Shown piece by piece: positions 1 to 10,644 of a stretch of DNA of 64,000 nt. Source of the stretch: Naegleria gruberi (taxonomy: Eukaryota). The position numbers and the translations under genes are program-made. The stretch lies in NCBI GenBank assembly GCA_000004985.1, contig GG738898.1; one strand, 5' to 3'. The notes beneath the pieces are model-generated. The model worked only from the letters and a program-made list of their open reading frames with translations, had not been told where the DNA came from and did no database searches. Position 1 is the stretch's first letter; each line of letters opens with the position of its first letter.

Positions 1-426
1 ATTATCATTTGTTAAACCACACACTGCAACGGAGCCATCAGGTTTGAGAGTTAGTAAGTTTTGACCTATTCTTAAATGTTGAGTGTGGATGTTGTTTTCT
101 TTCACTTTAATCATAACGATTTGATTGTCTGCAGTGATTCTTGAGAGCCAAGAAACACCATCTCTTTCATAGTACATTGGTTCATCACTTTGCAACCAAT
201 AGTATTGTGCAGTGCCATTAGCTAGCTTTGTATTAGAGTTTGCTCCATATGAAAGAGTAGTAAGGCACCGACAACTATTCCCTTCTGGATTACAGAATCC
301 TCTTCCGTTACACGATTCTGGTCCGGTACACTTGAATGAAGTACCACCATTCACCAAGCCTACCAACAACAATGAAAGCACTCCAAGGAGAAGTACACCT
401 TGAATTTTCCCCAATGCGAGAGTCAT
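1..426 (-). CDS. secreted Cys-rich protein, partial (3' end lies beyond window start)
   Basis: Minus-strand ATG at 424..426 opens a frame running off the window edge. Product begins MTLALGKIQGVLLLGVLSLLLVGLVNG (classic signal peptide) and is Cys-rich. The ORF track misses it because it has no stop inside the window. Confidence 0.45.
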   Translation of the reverse strand, partial: MTLALGKIQGVLLLGVLSLLLVGLVNGGTSFKCTGPESCNGRGFCNPEGNSCRCLTTLSYGANSNTKLANGTAQYYWLQSDEPMYYERDGVSWLSRITADNQIVMIKVKENNIHTQHLRIGQNLLTLKPDGSVAVCGLTNDN

Positions 427-682
427 GATGAGGCTTTGAGAATTTTTTTAAGGGTATTTTTATAATGCACAAGTTCATTGCATATTGGTGAGAAGCAGAA
501 TAGATATCCAGTAGTGTGCCAAGAATAGAAAGTTGATCCAAGAAGGAGGATTTTAAACAATTTGCTTAATTCTCTCTGAAAATATAGCAGATCTTGGTTA
601 TAATCTTTTTGCATGGATAAATTAACCATCAGCTTTCATTGTGTAGAGCTGGTCTGTTCCTTTCGTTTTTCACTTTAAAAAA

Positions 683-1873
683 ATGGTGAAACTTGTTTCC
701 ATTGCCACTTGTTGCTTGATCACTCTCTTTTTCTATCAAGCTGTGGTCAACTGCCAACAATATGTAAGCAAGACAGTTTATTACACCTCTGAAAATTGCA
801 CAGGAGTTGAATATGCCACTTTCTACGTTGCTTCCCCATCTGTATGTACCTACACAACTCCAGCAGACAAATGTGCCACCCTTCATCAAGCAGACAACAC
901 TACAATCTATTTCAAATATGAATGTGCTGCAGAGGTTCCAACTGTGGCATTATCAAACACATTCAATGCCTATTTATGGAAGAACACAACTGGAATGTGC
1001 GTTGGTAAACCGAATTCAGTCCAAATCACTCCTATCAATAAGTGTGTGCAAAATTTTGGGTCGAGTTTTTATGTTTTCATTGGAAGTACTGAAATGACAT
1101 ACTATTCTGATAGTCAGTGTACAAAAAAGATGTATTCCCTGTCGTTTGAATTGAACAAGTGTTTGACTGGATATTTCATGCAAATTATTGGAGGAAGTTT
1201 ACCTCAACCTTCTCCAACTCCAAATCCTCCAACTCCAGTTCTACAACAATATGAAAGATTGATGTTTTATAATGGAAGTGTTCAAGGAGGATCTTCTTGC
1301 TTGAATGGAGTTAGTGGTCAAGTTTATAGACCTAGTGTAAATAATTCATGTGAAAGTGTCAATTGTCAAGGTGGTTCAAATGGAATTTACCAAAGAAAGG
1401 ATTGTACAACTTCTATCCCAACTGATCCAGCAACTGGTACTTTTCACATAACTACCTATTCAGATCAATCTCTCTGCACCTTACAGAAATCCTTATTGAA
1501 ACTAGAAGTTTATCCAATTGACTCATGTTCTCCATACTCACCACAGGAGAATAATTCAACAACAGTTTTTCCTCAAATTTATATCAAATCAGATGGATGT
1601 AAAACATTAAGAAAGTTCAATGATTCCTCCTGTTCACAACTCCTTGCACAATTTGACTTGAGTGCTAACTTGAATATTTGTGGTTACGGTGGTGTTAAAT
1701 ACACATGTAAGTCAAATACTGGAGGTGGTGGTGGAGGTGGTGGAAATAATGGAGGAATTACTGGAGGAAATAGCACAAGAGCAAACTCTTCCTCTACTTT
1801 CCATCTAAATTCATTCTTTTCCCTTGCCTTAATTTTATTCGCAACCATGCTTGGAATGCTTTCATCACTGTAG
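683..1873 (+). CDS. GPI-anchored Cys-rich cell-surface glycoprotein (PsA/csA-like organisation)
   Basis: 396-aa ORF with ATG in aaaaaaATG context. It has an N-terminal signal peptide, many Cys and N-x-S/T sequons, a Pro/Thr linker (LPQPSPTPNPPTPV), a Gly run, then a Ser-rich omega region and a C-terminal hydrophobic tail (FFSLALILFATMLGMLSSL) typical of a GPI signal. Confidence 0.7.
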   Translation: MVKLVSIATCCLITLFFYQAVVNCQQYVSKTVYYTSENCTGVEYATFYVASPSVCTYTTPADKCATLHQADNTTIYFKYECAAEVPTVALSNTFNAYLWKNTTGMCVGKPNSVQITPINKCVQNFGSSFYVFIGSTEMTYYSDSQCTKKMYSLSFELNKCLTGYFMQIIGGSLPQPSPTPNPPTPVLQQYERLMFYNGSVQGGSSCLNGVSGQVYRPSVNNSCESVNCQGGSNGIYQRKDCTTSIPTDPATGTFHITTYSDQSLCTLQKSLLKLEVYPIDSCSPYSPQENNSTTVFPQIYIKSDGCKTLRKFNDSSCSQLLAQFDLSANLNICGYGGVKYTCKSNTGGGGGGGGNNGGITGGNSTRANSSSTFHLNSFFSLALILFATMLGMLSSL

Positions 1874-2173
1874 GACATGAAAAGGGTAATACATAAATTC
1901 TAATTGTCTGTACATGCCATTCATTAGCCATAATTTCAAAGATGTCATTTGCCAAAGTCCATTCATTCAATAAAACCACTCTTTGAAATCATTTGGAATG
2001 CTCACTGTAGATGTATCCGTTGTGAATCACATATCCCACCCAAAAATCTTCAATACCTTTATAATAATTTTCCAAGATCTCATCCCAATTCTGAATTGTT
2101 TAACATTTTCACTTCTAGAACGAAGCAATTTCTAGCTAATGAACTTGGAAATTGCAAAGAACTTAAAAAAAAA

Positions 2174-4640
2174 ATGTCTTCATCATCCACCACGCGAATT
2201 GTTATTGGTGATGATTTTGGAGGCGATAACGACACGAAGAACAACAAGAATGGATCATCATCATCGGATGAATCCACATCAGAATTACATGATTTGGCAC
2301 AGATTCTTAGGCTCATGTTGATCGCCGAGAATGAAAATGCCTTTAGGGATGTTAATGTTGAAACTCTTGAACAAATGATCATGATGAATGATGAGAGGGA
2401 TTTGATTGCGAGCTTTGAGATGGTGAGTGGAATGAGACCAAGTTCTAGGGTGAATGTTCAACAAATTAAAGAGGAATATAAGAAGAGTAAGAAAATTCCT
2501 TCTTCTTCTACTCTTAATAATAGTGATAGTATTATTATTGTTGATGATGAGGAGAAGAGCAAGACGGATAACCTAGTTGTGGTTGAAAATCAACATCCGA
2601 TTGCTGATGATTCTATTGAAATTATAATGGAAGATTCTGGTGTAAGAATTCCAGAACCACCAGTATTGGAAGTGGAACAAATTCCTATCGCTGTTCAAAT
2701 GAAGTTGAGAGTGTTAAAGTTAAAATTGAACGATGCAGAACTTTTGAAGGAATATTCAGATCATCAACTTGCACAAGTATTGGCAGAACATGAAAATAAT
2801 GTGCAATCTTCAGCTGATTATATCATGCAACAGTATGTCAAGAAGACTGTGCAGAGTACTCTATCCGATAGTGATTCTGAGGACACTGGTAAATATTCAC
2901 AATTCACAAAGGATGTTTTGAGAAAGAGATTGAAAATGGGTGGATTTACCGAATATGAAAATGCAACTGATGAAACGCTATCTATTCTGCTTGATGTTGG
3001 AGGTGGTGATGTTGAATGTGCATTGCAGAATATCAGAGGAACAAATTCAGGAACACCTAATGTTATTCATACTGCAAGATACATTTCAGATCCTAATTTA
3101 CCATGGGACAAAAATCCAACAAAACCAATAACGGAAGAGGGTAAAGAGGCATTACAAAAGGAAGGAAGATCTGTAACCACCATTAATCAACTTCCTTATG
3201 ATACTCTTGAACATGTAAGTTTTAATTCATCAAAATTTGGTTGACACTTTACATAGGTTTTTGAATATTTGGGAAGAAAAGATGTTCTGGTTTCGTCCTC
3301 TGTAAATCAATATTTCAATAAGGTATCAGGCTCTGATTATTTTTGGACTACTAAACAAGAAAAAGGAAAAGCTGGATTGATTGACAATTACGAAATGGAA
3401 AGATATAACACCTTTACAAAAAATCAAACACATTACGGGAATTGGAAACTTTGGAGATTAGATAATTTATTTTACACAAAAATTAAGCAACCACCATATG
3501 TTACCACAGAAAAAGAAGTGACAGAAGAGTCACCAATAATAGAATTAGAGGATGGAAGACCACCATTCAAACAAAAGTATGCTAAATACAGAAAACAAAA
3601 ATTGATTAGAGAAAGAGTTGATATAATAGAAAAGAAAATACGAGATAGCAAATTTAATGAACGACAAAATGTTGGATATGAATTTGGAGAGCATGTATAC
3701 AGATCTTGGATTGGATTTTTAGTGGTACTGGCAATTTCAGCCATTATAGGACTTATATTAGTCCCACTTTCTATGGACGAGTTTATTCCAAACGATATTG
3801 GCACCTACTATTGGTTGATTTCATGGTTGAGTCTTGGTGTTATCACAATTCCTTACTTTTACATAATGTTATTCCATCACTCACACAGATTTGATTTCTA
3901 TCCTATTTGGAGTAAGAGACAGTTGAATGGTGAGGAAAGAATGGATCATGGAGGTGAAATGTTCATTCTCTTCTCTTCAACATGGACTTGGCTTCCATAC
4001 ATTTTCCTTGTTGCAGGTCTGAAATATGCAGTCTATGCGGAGCAACCAATATTGAGCTATATTGCCATTCCAGGGTACGTGTTGGCCATGATGTCTTTCT
4101 TTTGCAGTGCACCAACTTTAGGATCAACGTAAGTTTTTCTTTGTTTGTGTGAAATAACACCCTCAAAGGTTAAAAGGTAGTGATAAGGAGCGAGCAGCAT
4201 TCTTTATTTCTTCATTCTTCTATGGAACCATGTTACTTTCCCTGCAGGTATTCCTCATATTACTCTTTGCTAAAATTGATGGCTTAGAATATGCACTCAA
4301 TATTCCATTCTCAATAGTGTTCATTCCAGGATATGTTTCGTTATTGTGCTTCCCAATGGGATTTTTCTTCACTGCCTTTTTTGCCATGGTAATGGGATCT
4401 GACAGTTGGTGGTCAGCATTATTGTCAGCTTCAGGTTTTGGATTTGTTGTAGCACTCGTTATCAGTCCTCTCTTAATTACAGCTCCATTTGTGGCAGCTG
4501 TTTTGGACTCGTTCATTCTCCAATCCATTTTCCCATTCGTTGCGATCTTTTCCATTACCTATGGACTGGGTATTATAATTCTATGCATTGCTTTGTCTGT
4601 TGTTTGCTTCATTATGTGTGTTTGTAGAGATTATGATTAA
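2174..4640 (+). CDS. multi-pass membrane protein with Ser/acidic N-terminal cytosolic region (possible UBA/CUE-like helices); join(2174..3214,3257..4128,4169..4640)
   Basis: Three track ORFs (1949.., 3269.., 4230..) join through two micro-introns, GTAAGT...TTTACATAG (3215..3256, 42 bp) and GTAAGT...CAAAG (4129..4168, 40 bp). Both are phase-consistent and remove in-frame stops. The likely start is the ATG at 2174 in an aaaaaaaaaATG context. The C-terminal half is strongly hydrophobic with an internal duplicated TM module (AIPGYVLAMMSFFCSAP vs FIPGYVSLLCFPMGFF). Confidence 0.5.
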
Positions 4641-5088
4641 ATTATTGAAATCTTTGTTTCAGCATCAATTTATTTGGAACGTTTCAACTTGATGCCTTAA
4701 AATATCTATTTATGACATTACACAGTATTTCTAATAGTTGTGAAGAATAACACTCTGGAAAGAAAGAATAATCAAGGAAATCAGAGGAATCAAGCCGAAT
4801 TCTAAACCTTAATTACCCATTGTTGTGGATAGGGTCGTGTTGCCAACTCTATTCGAAACAGCACACACAAATTATTCAATTTATAATTGAAATTTATCCA
4901 TAGATATTTATCAGATCAAATCTGATTACATTGCCGATTAATGGTGGAGAAACCTGAACTATTCAACGAAACTAGTCAATTCAAAGATTATTCTCAATCA
5001 GATCCAAAATTTGCCATTTATCTCTCATGTCAACATTGTGTGATATAATTTCTAACATGTCATTACACTTTGAGATTCGACTTTGAGA

Positions 5089-5129
5089 TTGGCTCAGATT
5101 TATGTTTTTACAAAATAAATCTGAGCCAA
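5089..5129. repeat. perfect 15-bp inverted repeat (hairpin with 11-nt loop) in the 5' leader of the WD40 gene
   Basis: ttggctcagatttat (5089..5103), loop gtttttacaaa, then ataaatctgagccaa (5115..5129), an exact reverse complement. An adjacent direct repeat ctttgagatt occurs twice (5071..5090). Confidence 0.7.
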
Positions 5130-5200
5130 TAATTTGTATTACAATAAAGTTGTCAATTAATTGATTGATTCATTTCAATCTAACATCAATTCAATTAACC

Positions 5201-5986
5201 ATGCCANNNNNNNNNNNNNNNNNNNNNNNNNNNNNNNNNNNNNNNNNNNNNNNNNNNNNNNNNNNNNNNNNNNNNNNNNNNNNNNNNNNNNNNNNNNNNN
5301 NNNNNNNNNNNNNNNNNNNNNNNNNNNNNNNNNNNNNNNNNNNNNNNNNNNNNNNNNNNNNNNNNNNNNNNNNNNNNNNNNNNNNNNNNNNNNNNNNNNN
5401 NNNNNNNNATGATAAAAGAATAAAGAATAGACCAATTTCAAGTTATCACCAGAATGGAGAAATAACTTGTTTAGAACGATCCTCAAATGGCCTGTTAGCA
5501 AGTGGTTCAACAAATAATTGTGTTAATGTTTGGGATGAAAGATCCTATAACAAGCCATTAAGCATCTACAAACATCCTAGTGTTGTTGAAAGCATGGCTT
5601 GGACAACAAGCAACATTCTATCAACTGCAATGAATAGAGAAGGAAGAGTTTTATTTTGGGATATTTCAACAGGTAATCTTTCATCAAATTTGCATACTAT
5701 TGACACACGTAGAGCAATTTCCTCTCTCGTTTGGTCAGGAAAGGATATTATAACATCATATAAGGAGTGTTTTTATATTCAATTGTGGGATGGTTTTGAC
5801 CAATCTCAAAAAAACAAATATCAAGCTTGTTTTTTGAAAACACCAAAAAATACCTATTTAACATATGGTCCAGAATCTTCCCTACTAATTGGTGCATCTT
5901 ACAATCAAATATTGTGTTGGTCATGTGAGGATAAAACAAAGAAAACCAAAATAATTGATTCATCCTTCTTAAGAATGTTAAGATAA
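5201..5986 (+). CDS. WD40-repeat protein (body interrupted by assembly gap 5207..5408)
   Basis: ATG at 5201 sits immediately before the N run. Downstream frame encodes WD-repeat-like blocks (LLASGSTNNCVNVWD, RVLFWDISTG, LVWSG) and runs to the stop at 5986. Confidence 0.45.
   Translation: MPXXXXXXXXXXXXXXXXXXXXXXXXXXXXXXXXXXXXXXXXXXXXXXXXXXXXXXXXXXXXXXXXXXXXDKRIKNRPISSYHQNGEITCLERSSNGLLASGSTNNCVNVWDERSYNKPLSIYKHPSVVESMAWTTSNILSTAMNREGRVLFWDISTGNLSSNLHTIDTRRAISSLVWSGKDIITSYKECFYIQLWDGFDQSQKNKYQACFLKTPKNTYLTYGPESSLLIGASYNQILCWSCEDKTKKTKIIDSSFLRMLR
5207..5408. other. assembly gap (202 N)
   Basis: Run of n characters in the sequence. Confidence 1.
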
Positions 5987-6054
5987 TGTTGTTGTCTCCT
6001 TGTATGAGTTGTTTTGTTTCAAGAAAAAATCAAGATGTTAATAAATTCCAATTT

Positions 6055-8052
6055 TCATTGTAAATCAGAAACATAGGTATTCATGGGCAATTTGCAGACT
6101 CCTTGTTTTTCCAAATATATTTCCTGATTGGCTCTATATCTTGGTGTGAAAAGAAATGAAAGTTTTTCATTCGATTTGATGGCATTAAAAGATGTTTCAC
6201 TCAAATGAACTTGTCCTGGTTGACCTGTTGCTTCTATTAATTGTGTTACCAAAACATCACTTCCAAACAAGTCATATGTTCTCTTCATATGTCCAACTAC
6301 AGCTGCTGTCACTCCTCTATGTGAGGTGTGAATACCAATTCTAACCTGTAATGAAGAATCTCCAATCAGATCTGAATTTTTCGAAACCAATTGTTCCAAT
6401 TCTTGAATCATTGACAATCCTGCTCGAACGCAACACATTGTTCCATTGGTACTTGGTATTTCATTTGTGGGTGAGGTTAACATGTTATTTACATTGGAAT
6501 TTGTCTTGGAAATTTGTTTCTTATTATTAGTGGATGAATCATTATCCAATCCAGAAGCAACAAAATAACAATCACCAATAGTCTTGATCTTTTCCAGTGT
6601 TGAATTATGTTGTTTCGAATAAACAATATCATCAAAGCATGAGAAAATATCATGCAACATATGTACAACAATTGAAGGTGATTTTCCATTGGCAAGCTCT
6701 GTAAAACCCACAATATCACAATACATCATTGTGCAATTCTGTAACTCATCAATGACCTTCTCTCCTGCAGTCAACCGATGAACAATATTCTTTGGAAAGA
6801 TCTTTTCCGTAATTTTAGTAATTTGCTCCTCATGTGTAACCATTGATTTGGTATCTCTCACAAATGCAACAAAAGATGATTTCTTACTGATTGGATCAAT
6901 AATTTCTGAAACTCTCAATTCAATTGGAATGGGTTTTCCCTCTTTAGTTTGACCTTTCACAGATCTAACACAATCTACGACTCGTTTCTCTCCGGTTGTC
7001 AAGTATCTCTTCAGGAAATCATCATGGTTCATTCGAATTTTAGGTGTGCACAACATTTTAACATTCTTTCCAATGACTTCCTTTTTAGAATAGTGAAATG
7101 TGGCAGTGGATGCCGAATTGAATATTTGAATAGTTCCCTGTTCATTGATGGAAATAATTGGAATGACTGAAATCTCTGTAATGGCTTCTCCAAATTGAAT
7201 AGATGCCAATTTCTTGATATCTTCCTCACTTTGTTCTAATTGGTTAATGTAGGCAGCAAAGTGAAGTTGTTCTAATTTTCTAAAAACCATCATTTTCAAC
7301 TTGATTGGGAATGCTTTCTTTTGTAAAGTGTTTTTTCCATTTAGGAATCGTGTTTTCATGACTTCTTTCTTTCTTCGTTCCTTTTCTTGTTGACTCACAA
7401 GTACATATGGAATTTTCAAATCTTTCATAGATGTTGACAAGCTCACTGACATGTTCAAATCCAATGATGTATCACCAATGAAATCTTCAATGGCTCTCTT
7501 GATTTCCATGGTTGATTCATGAGATAATAACTCACTCAAATATTCTCCCATGACTGCCAGAGAATAAAATCCAAACACTTCCTCTGCCTGATTATTAAGA
7601 TATTCAATAGTGAGATTGCTATCGAATACAATAATTGGACAACCACACGACTGAAACTGTTCTACCAAATCGTTCAGTAATGAGTATTCCTCAAGAGTTG
7701 TAATTACAAATGCCTCCTCTTCCATTTCATTTCTCTCTGCCTCTGAAGTGCTATCAGTACTGTATTCGGATGATTTATAAGTGCTCGAATAGTTGGATGT
7801 TGACGCAATACTGGAACTATTACTGATTGTACTGTTGGTCTTGTTTAGTTTGCTCAACATTCGAGAGCTTATACCTCTGGAATTGTTGTGTTGTAGCTTT
7901 GCTTGTAAGTTTGGTTTCGAATTGAATTTTGAAGAGCTGACATTGCGTTTGTTTAGTGTTGCCAAGGAGTGTGTGTTTTGATTGGCGACCTCATCTCCAT
8001 CATTATCATTAGTTGTTGGTTTGATAGGAACTAGCTTTTGTTTGCTGGACAT
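6055..8052 (-). CDS. PAS-PAS-class III nucleotidyl cyclase (adenylyl-cyclase-like specificity residues, transition-state residues degenerate)
   Basis: 665-aa intron-less ORF with ATG at 8050..8052 (minus). It has an N-terminal Asn/Ser-rich low-complexity region, two PAS-like blocks (IIVFDSNLTIEYLNNQAEEVFG and IQIFNSASTATFHYSKKEVIGKNVKML...FVAFVRDTK), then a cyclase domain with MMYCDIVGFT, KIKTIGDCYFVASGL and RIGIHTSHRGVTAAVVGHMKRTYDLFG. Confidence 0.85.
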   Translation of the reverse strand: MSSKQKLVPIKPTTNDNDGDEVANQNTHSLATLNKRNVSSSKFNSKPNLQAKLQHNNSRGISSRMLSKLNKTNSTISNSSSIASTSNYSSTYKSSEYSTDSTSEAERNEMEEEAFVITTLEEYSLLNDLVEQFQSCGCPIIVFDSNLTIEYLNNQAEEVFGFYSLAVMGEYLSELLSHESTMEIKRAIEDFIGDTSLDLNMSVSLSTSMKDLKIPYVLVSQQEKERRKKEVMKTRFLNGKNTLQKKAFPIKLKMMVFRKLEQLHFAAYINQLEQSEEDIKKLASIQFGEAITEISVIPIISINEQGTIQIFNSASTATFHYSKKEVIGKNVKMLCTPKIRMNHDDFLKRYLTTGEKRVVDCVRSVKGQTKEGKPIPIELRVSEIIDPISKKSSFVAFVRDTKSMVTHEEQITKITEKIFPKNIVHRLTAGEKVIDELQNCTMMYCDIVGFTELANGKSPSIVVHMLHDIFSCFDDIVYSKQHNSTLEKIKTIGDCYFVASGLDNDSSTNNKKQISKTNSNVNNMLTSPTNEIPSTNGTMCCVRAGLSMIQELEQLVSKNSDLIGDSSLQVRIGIHTSHRGVTAAVVGHMKRTYDLFGSDVLVTQLIEATGQPGQVHLSETSFNAIKSNEKLSFLFTPRYRANQEIYLEKQGVCKLPMNTYVSDLQ

Positions 8053-8504
8053 TGGTGTTTTTTCTTTGTTATTCGAAATTGAACATCACCACAGAGCACT
8101 GCCACTATTTCCCCAACACGGCCAGTACACACCAACTGAGATAGAGATAGATGCTCTAATGCAGAAGGGTCAAAAATGTATCACATTTGTTCCAAATTAA
8201 TGAGCTTGCCCAGAATATTTAAGTTCTCTCTACATGCTGACCAAAAAGATGATGTATGTTGAGTGAATTTATCCACATGTAATTGACAACACATCACGAG
8301 TTGTAAGATGGAGAGTACTTGATATCTTTCGATAACTATCAAATTATGATGTGTTGTTGTGATTTCTACTGATGTTTGGTTGCTTTTGTAGAAAATTATG
8401 AAGAGGTGTTTGGTTTGATGTCTATCAGTTGTAATCAACCTAAATTGGCTAATAATTAACCACTCAATTGTTTAAGAAAGCAATTGAGAGCTGGTTGTGT
8501 ATTT

Positions 8505-9725
8505 TTAAAGATTGCTATAGTAATTTTCATAATAATCATCAACATTCTCATAGCTATAGATATACTGAGAATCGGTAAAATCTTCCTCCCTCTGACTGTC
8601 ATCCAAATAATCTTTAAATACATTGAGAAATGGCTCAATGTTTCCATCTGGATTATGACCTTTCTTTGAGTTGTGATCTTCAATAATGGCAAAGTAAATT
8701 CTATCGAAATAACCTTCATACTTTTCCAGTTGAGTTTTAAAAGCTTTTGCCATCTGATTAGGGTTATTCTTAAAGGCCCCACATCCAAACGCAGACAATA
8801 CCAAATTTCTAACACCATTCAAAATGGCCACCTTGAATATTGCCTCAATAGTTCCATTGTTTCGTCCATCAATTTTTTCTGTATTTTTCGATTTGTTTGG
8901 TACAGCAGCTGCAGTAATGACATCCAATAATCTTGGAACTTGCAAGAGTGGATAACCTTTTGCTTCGCACCCTCTGAAAAACAATACATTTGGTGAGAAG
9001 CATGCACTCTCATGCCCAATAGGATAGCTCCACTTTCTATGTTTATCCAATTGATCAACCTTATTATCCAAACATTGATACAAGTTAGATCTTCTGAATA
9101 GATTTTCCTCCTGAGCTCCACCTATTTTCATTCAAATAACTTGGTTATTAAACTACTTACAACCTGATTGATAACCACCTCCAGGAGTATTTGGATTGGC
9201 CATATTGAGAATGGCTACTCTCTCATTTTGCATCTTTCCACTCTTTACCAATTCATCCTGGATCTTGAATGCAACATCCACACAATCTCCATTAATTACC
9301 AAAACTCTAGTCTTTTCCTGAATACTATTATCAGAAGAATTCAATGTAGGAATCACCTGCCCCTCATTTCTAATAAACAGTGTTCCAACACTCGACTGAA
9401 TCATCAACTCTTCCTTCAATGAAACCTTTTCTACAATTTCATCATCATCAATTCGATTTTTAGAATTTCTATGATTTTTAAAATTGTACAAATAGTATTG
9501 ATCCCTACAAATATCAATCGTTTGTCTCTGAACAAGTATTCGGAGCCTTTTAATTTTCTTATAATCAGCCTTTTCTAGACAATCATCATATTGATTTCGG
9601 AATTGAGAGGGATCATAGGGATAGGTATTAAAAGTTGAATGTTTCTTGTGGAAATCATCAACTTGAAAGAAAGAGGTGGGACAATTCGAGTGTTTTTTGG
9701 TGGAGAAATTGTTGGAGGTGATCAT
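8505..9725 (-). CDS. bacterial-type poly(ADP-ribose) glycohydrolase / DUF2263 macrodomain protein; complement(join(8505..9121,9161..9725))
   Basis: Two track ORFs join through a 39-bp intron (minus strand GTAAGT...AATAG, + coords 9122..9160). Spliced product carries the PARG signature [34 protein letters not shown] (GGG-x3-G-x2-AQEE). ATG at 9723..9725. Exon lengths sum to 1182 nt, in frame. Confidence 0.7.
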
Positions 9726-9842
9726 TGTTGTGATTTTTTTAACTTTGTTTGTGACTGTTGTCGATTTTGAAATTGATTTTGTAACAGTTCAACTATTCAA
9801 TAACTTTAGTTCTCGATGAAGAGTGTAAAGAATGAATGTGAA

Positions 9843-9885
9843 GCGTCGATGGTTTAGTGGTAGAATACGGCGTTGCGGTCGACGC
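9843..9885 (+). other. tRNA-Gly-like 5' half folded back on its own acceptor strand (tRNA-derived remnant or minihelix, not a canonical tRNA)
   Basis: GCGTCGA-TG-GTTTAGTGGTAGAATAC matches the acceptor stem plus D-arm of tRNA-Gly. After ~30 nt it runs straight into TCGACGC, the exact complement of the acceptor stem. No T-arm (GGTTCGA) is present. Confidence 0.25.
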
Positions 9886-10644
9886 AGTCAGAAGTAAATT
9901 TTTAGATAGCTGTATGCACTCTGCTCTTACTATTTTAGAAATCAGTTTCATGCATGTATTTACGTAAATGGGCAAATTTTTAGGTATTGAATAAGTATAA
10001 TTATTGAAAAAATAATCTCGGCTTGATCCTCATTTTTTACTGAAATAGTCCACCTCAAAAAAATTTTGAAAATGCATTTCATACTAAACTGCAAAAAGAC
10101 TACAGCACCACAGGTTCCCAAGTTGTCTCCAACCTCAGTACTGATGTGGCTCGACGATGCTTAACTTCTCAAATCGGACGGGATGAGGTGCATTCATCGT
10201 GATATGGCCGTAGCCATCCATTACATTAAAATATGCAATTTCAATACGTTTTACAATTTTGCAACAATGGTAACAACCAAATTTTGAGCTAATTCGTTTA
10301 AACTGTTGTACCCACCACCAAAGGAATAATAAAATATTGTAATTGAATATTCTATTCAATATTCCTTTTTCTTCCTTGCTTCCTTTTCGCCAGAAGGAAT
10401 TTTATGGCTTTTTTAAACCACCGTACATAAAAAAATAATTTGCCGCTCTTTTTGCACTCCAAAAGGCAAGTTGAATCTTAACTCTCGCATGATAAGCAAG
10501 TTGTATTGTTTTACTGTGTAGTTTAGCACAGTACTGCGGTGCCGGATTTTCTTCGAAGGCATGACCACAATGAGCTCATACCAATCAATGTAACCCAACA
10601 CAAACCTTTCGAAATATTCAACAACAATAGAAAAAAAAAATATC

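Noticed and set aside
1949-2173. Upstream extension of the membrane-protein gene to the track ORF start at 1949
   Set aside because: The track 'M' is a TTG. The first in-frame ATG is at 2174, preceded by a 10-nt A-run.
5161-5513. ORFs made of long X runs (also 21502..22467, 36182..36855, 39015..39602)
   Set aside because: Artefacts of translating through N-run assembly gaps.
9843-9885. Calling the tRNA-Gly-like element a functional tRNA gene
   Set aside because: No T-arm (GGTTCGA), no acceptable anticodon stem, and total length is only 43 nt. Reported only as a tRNA-like hairpin.
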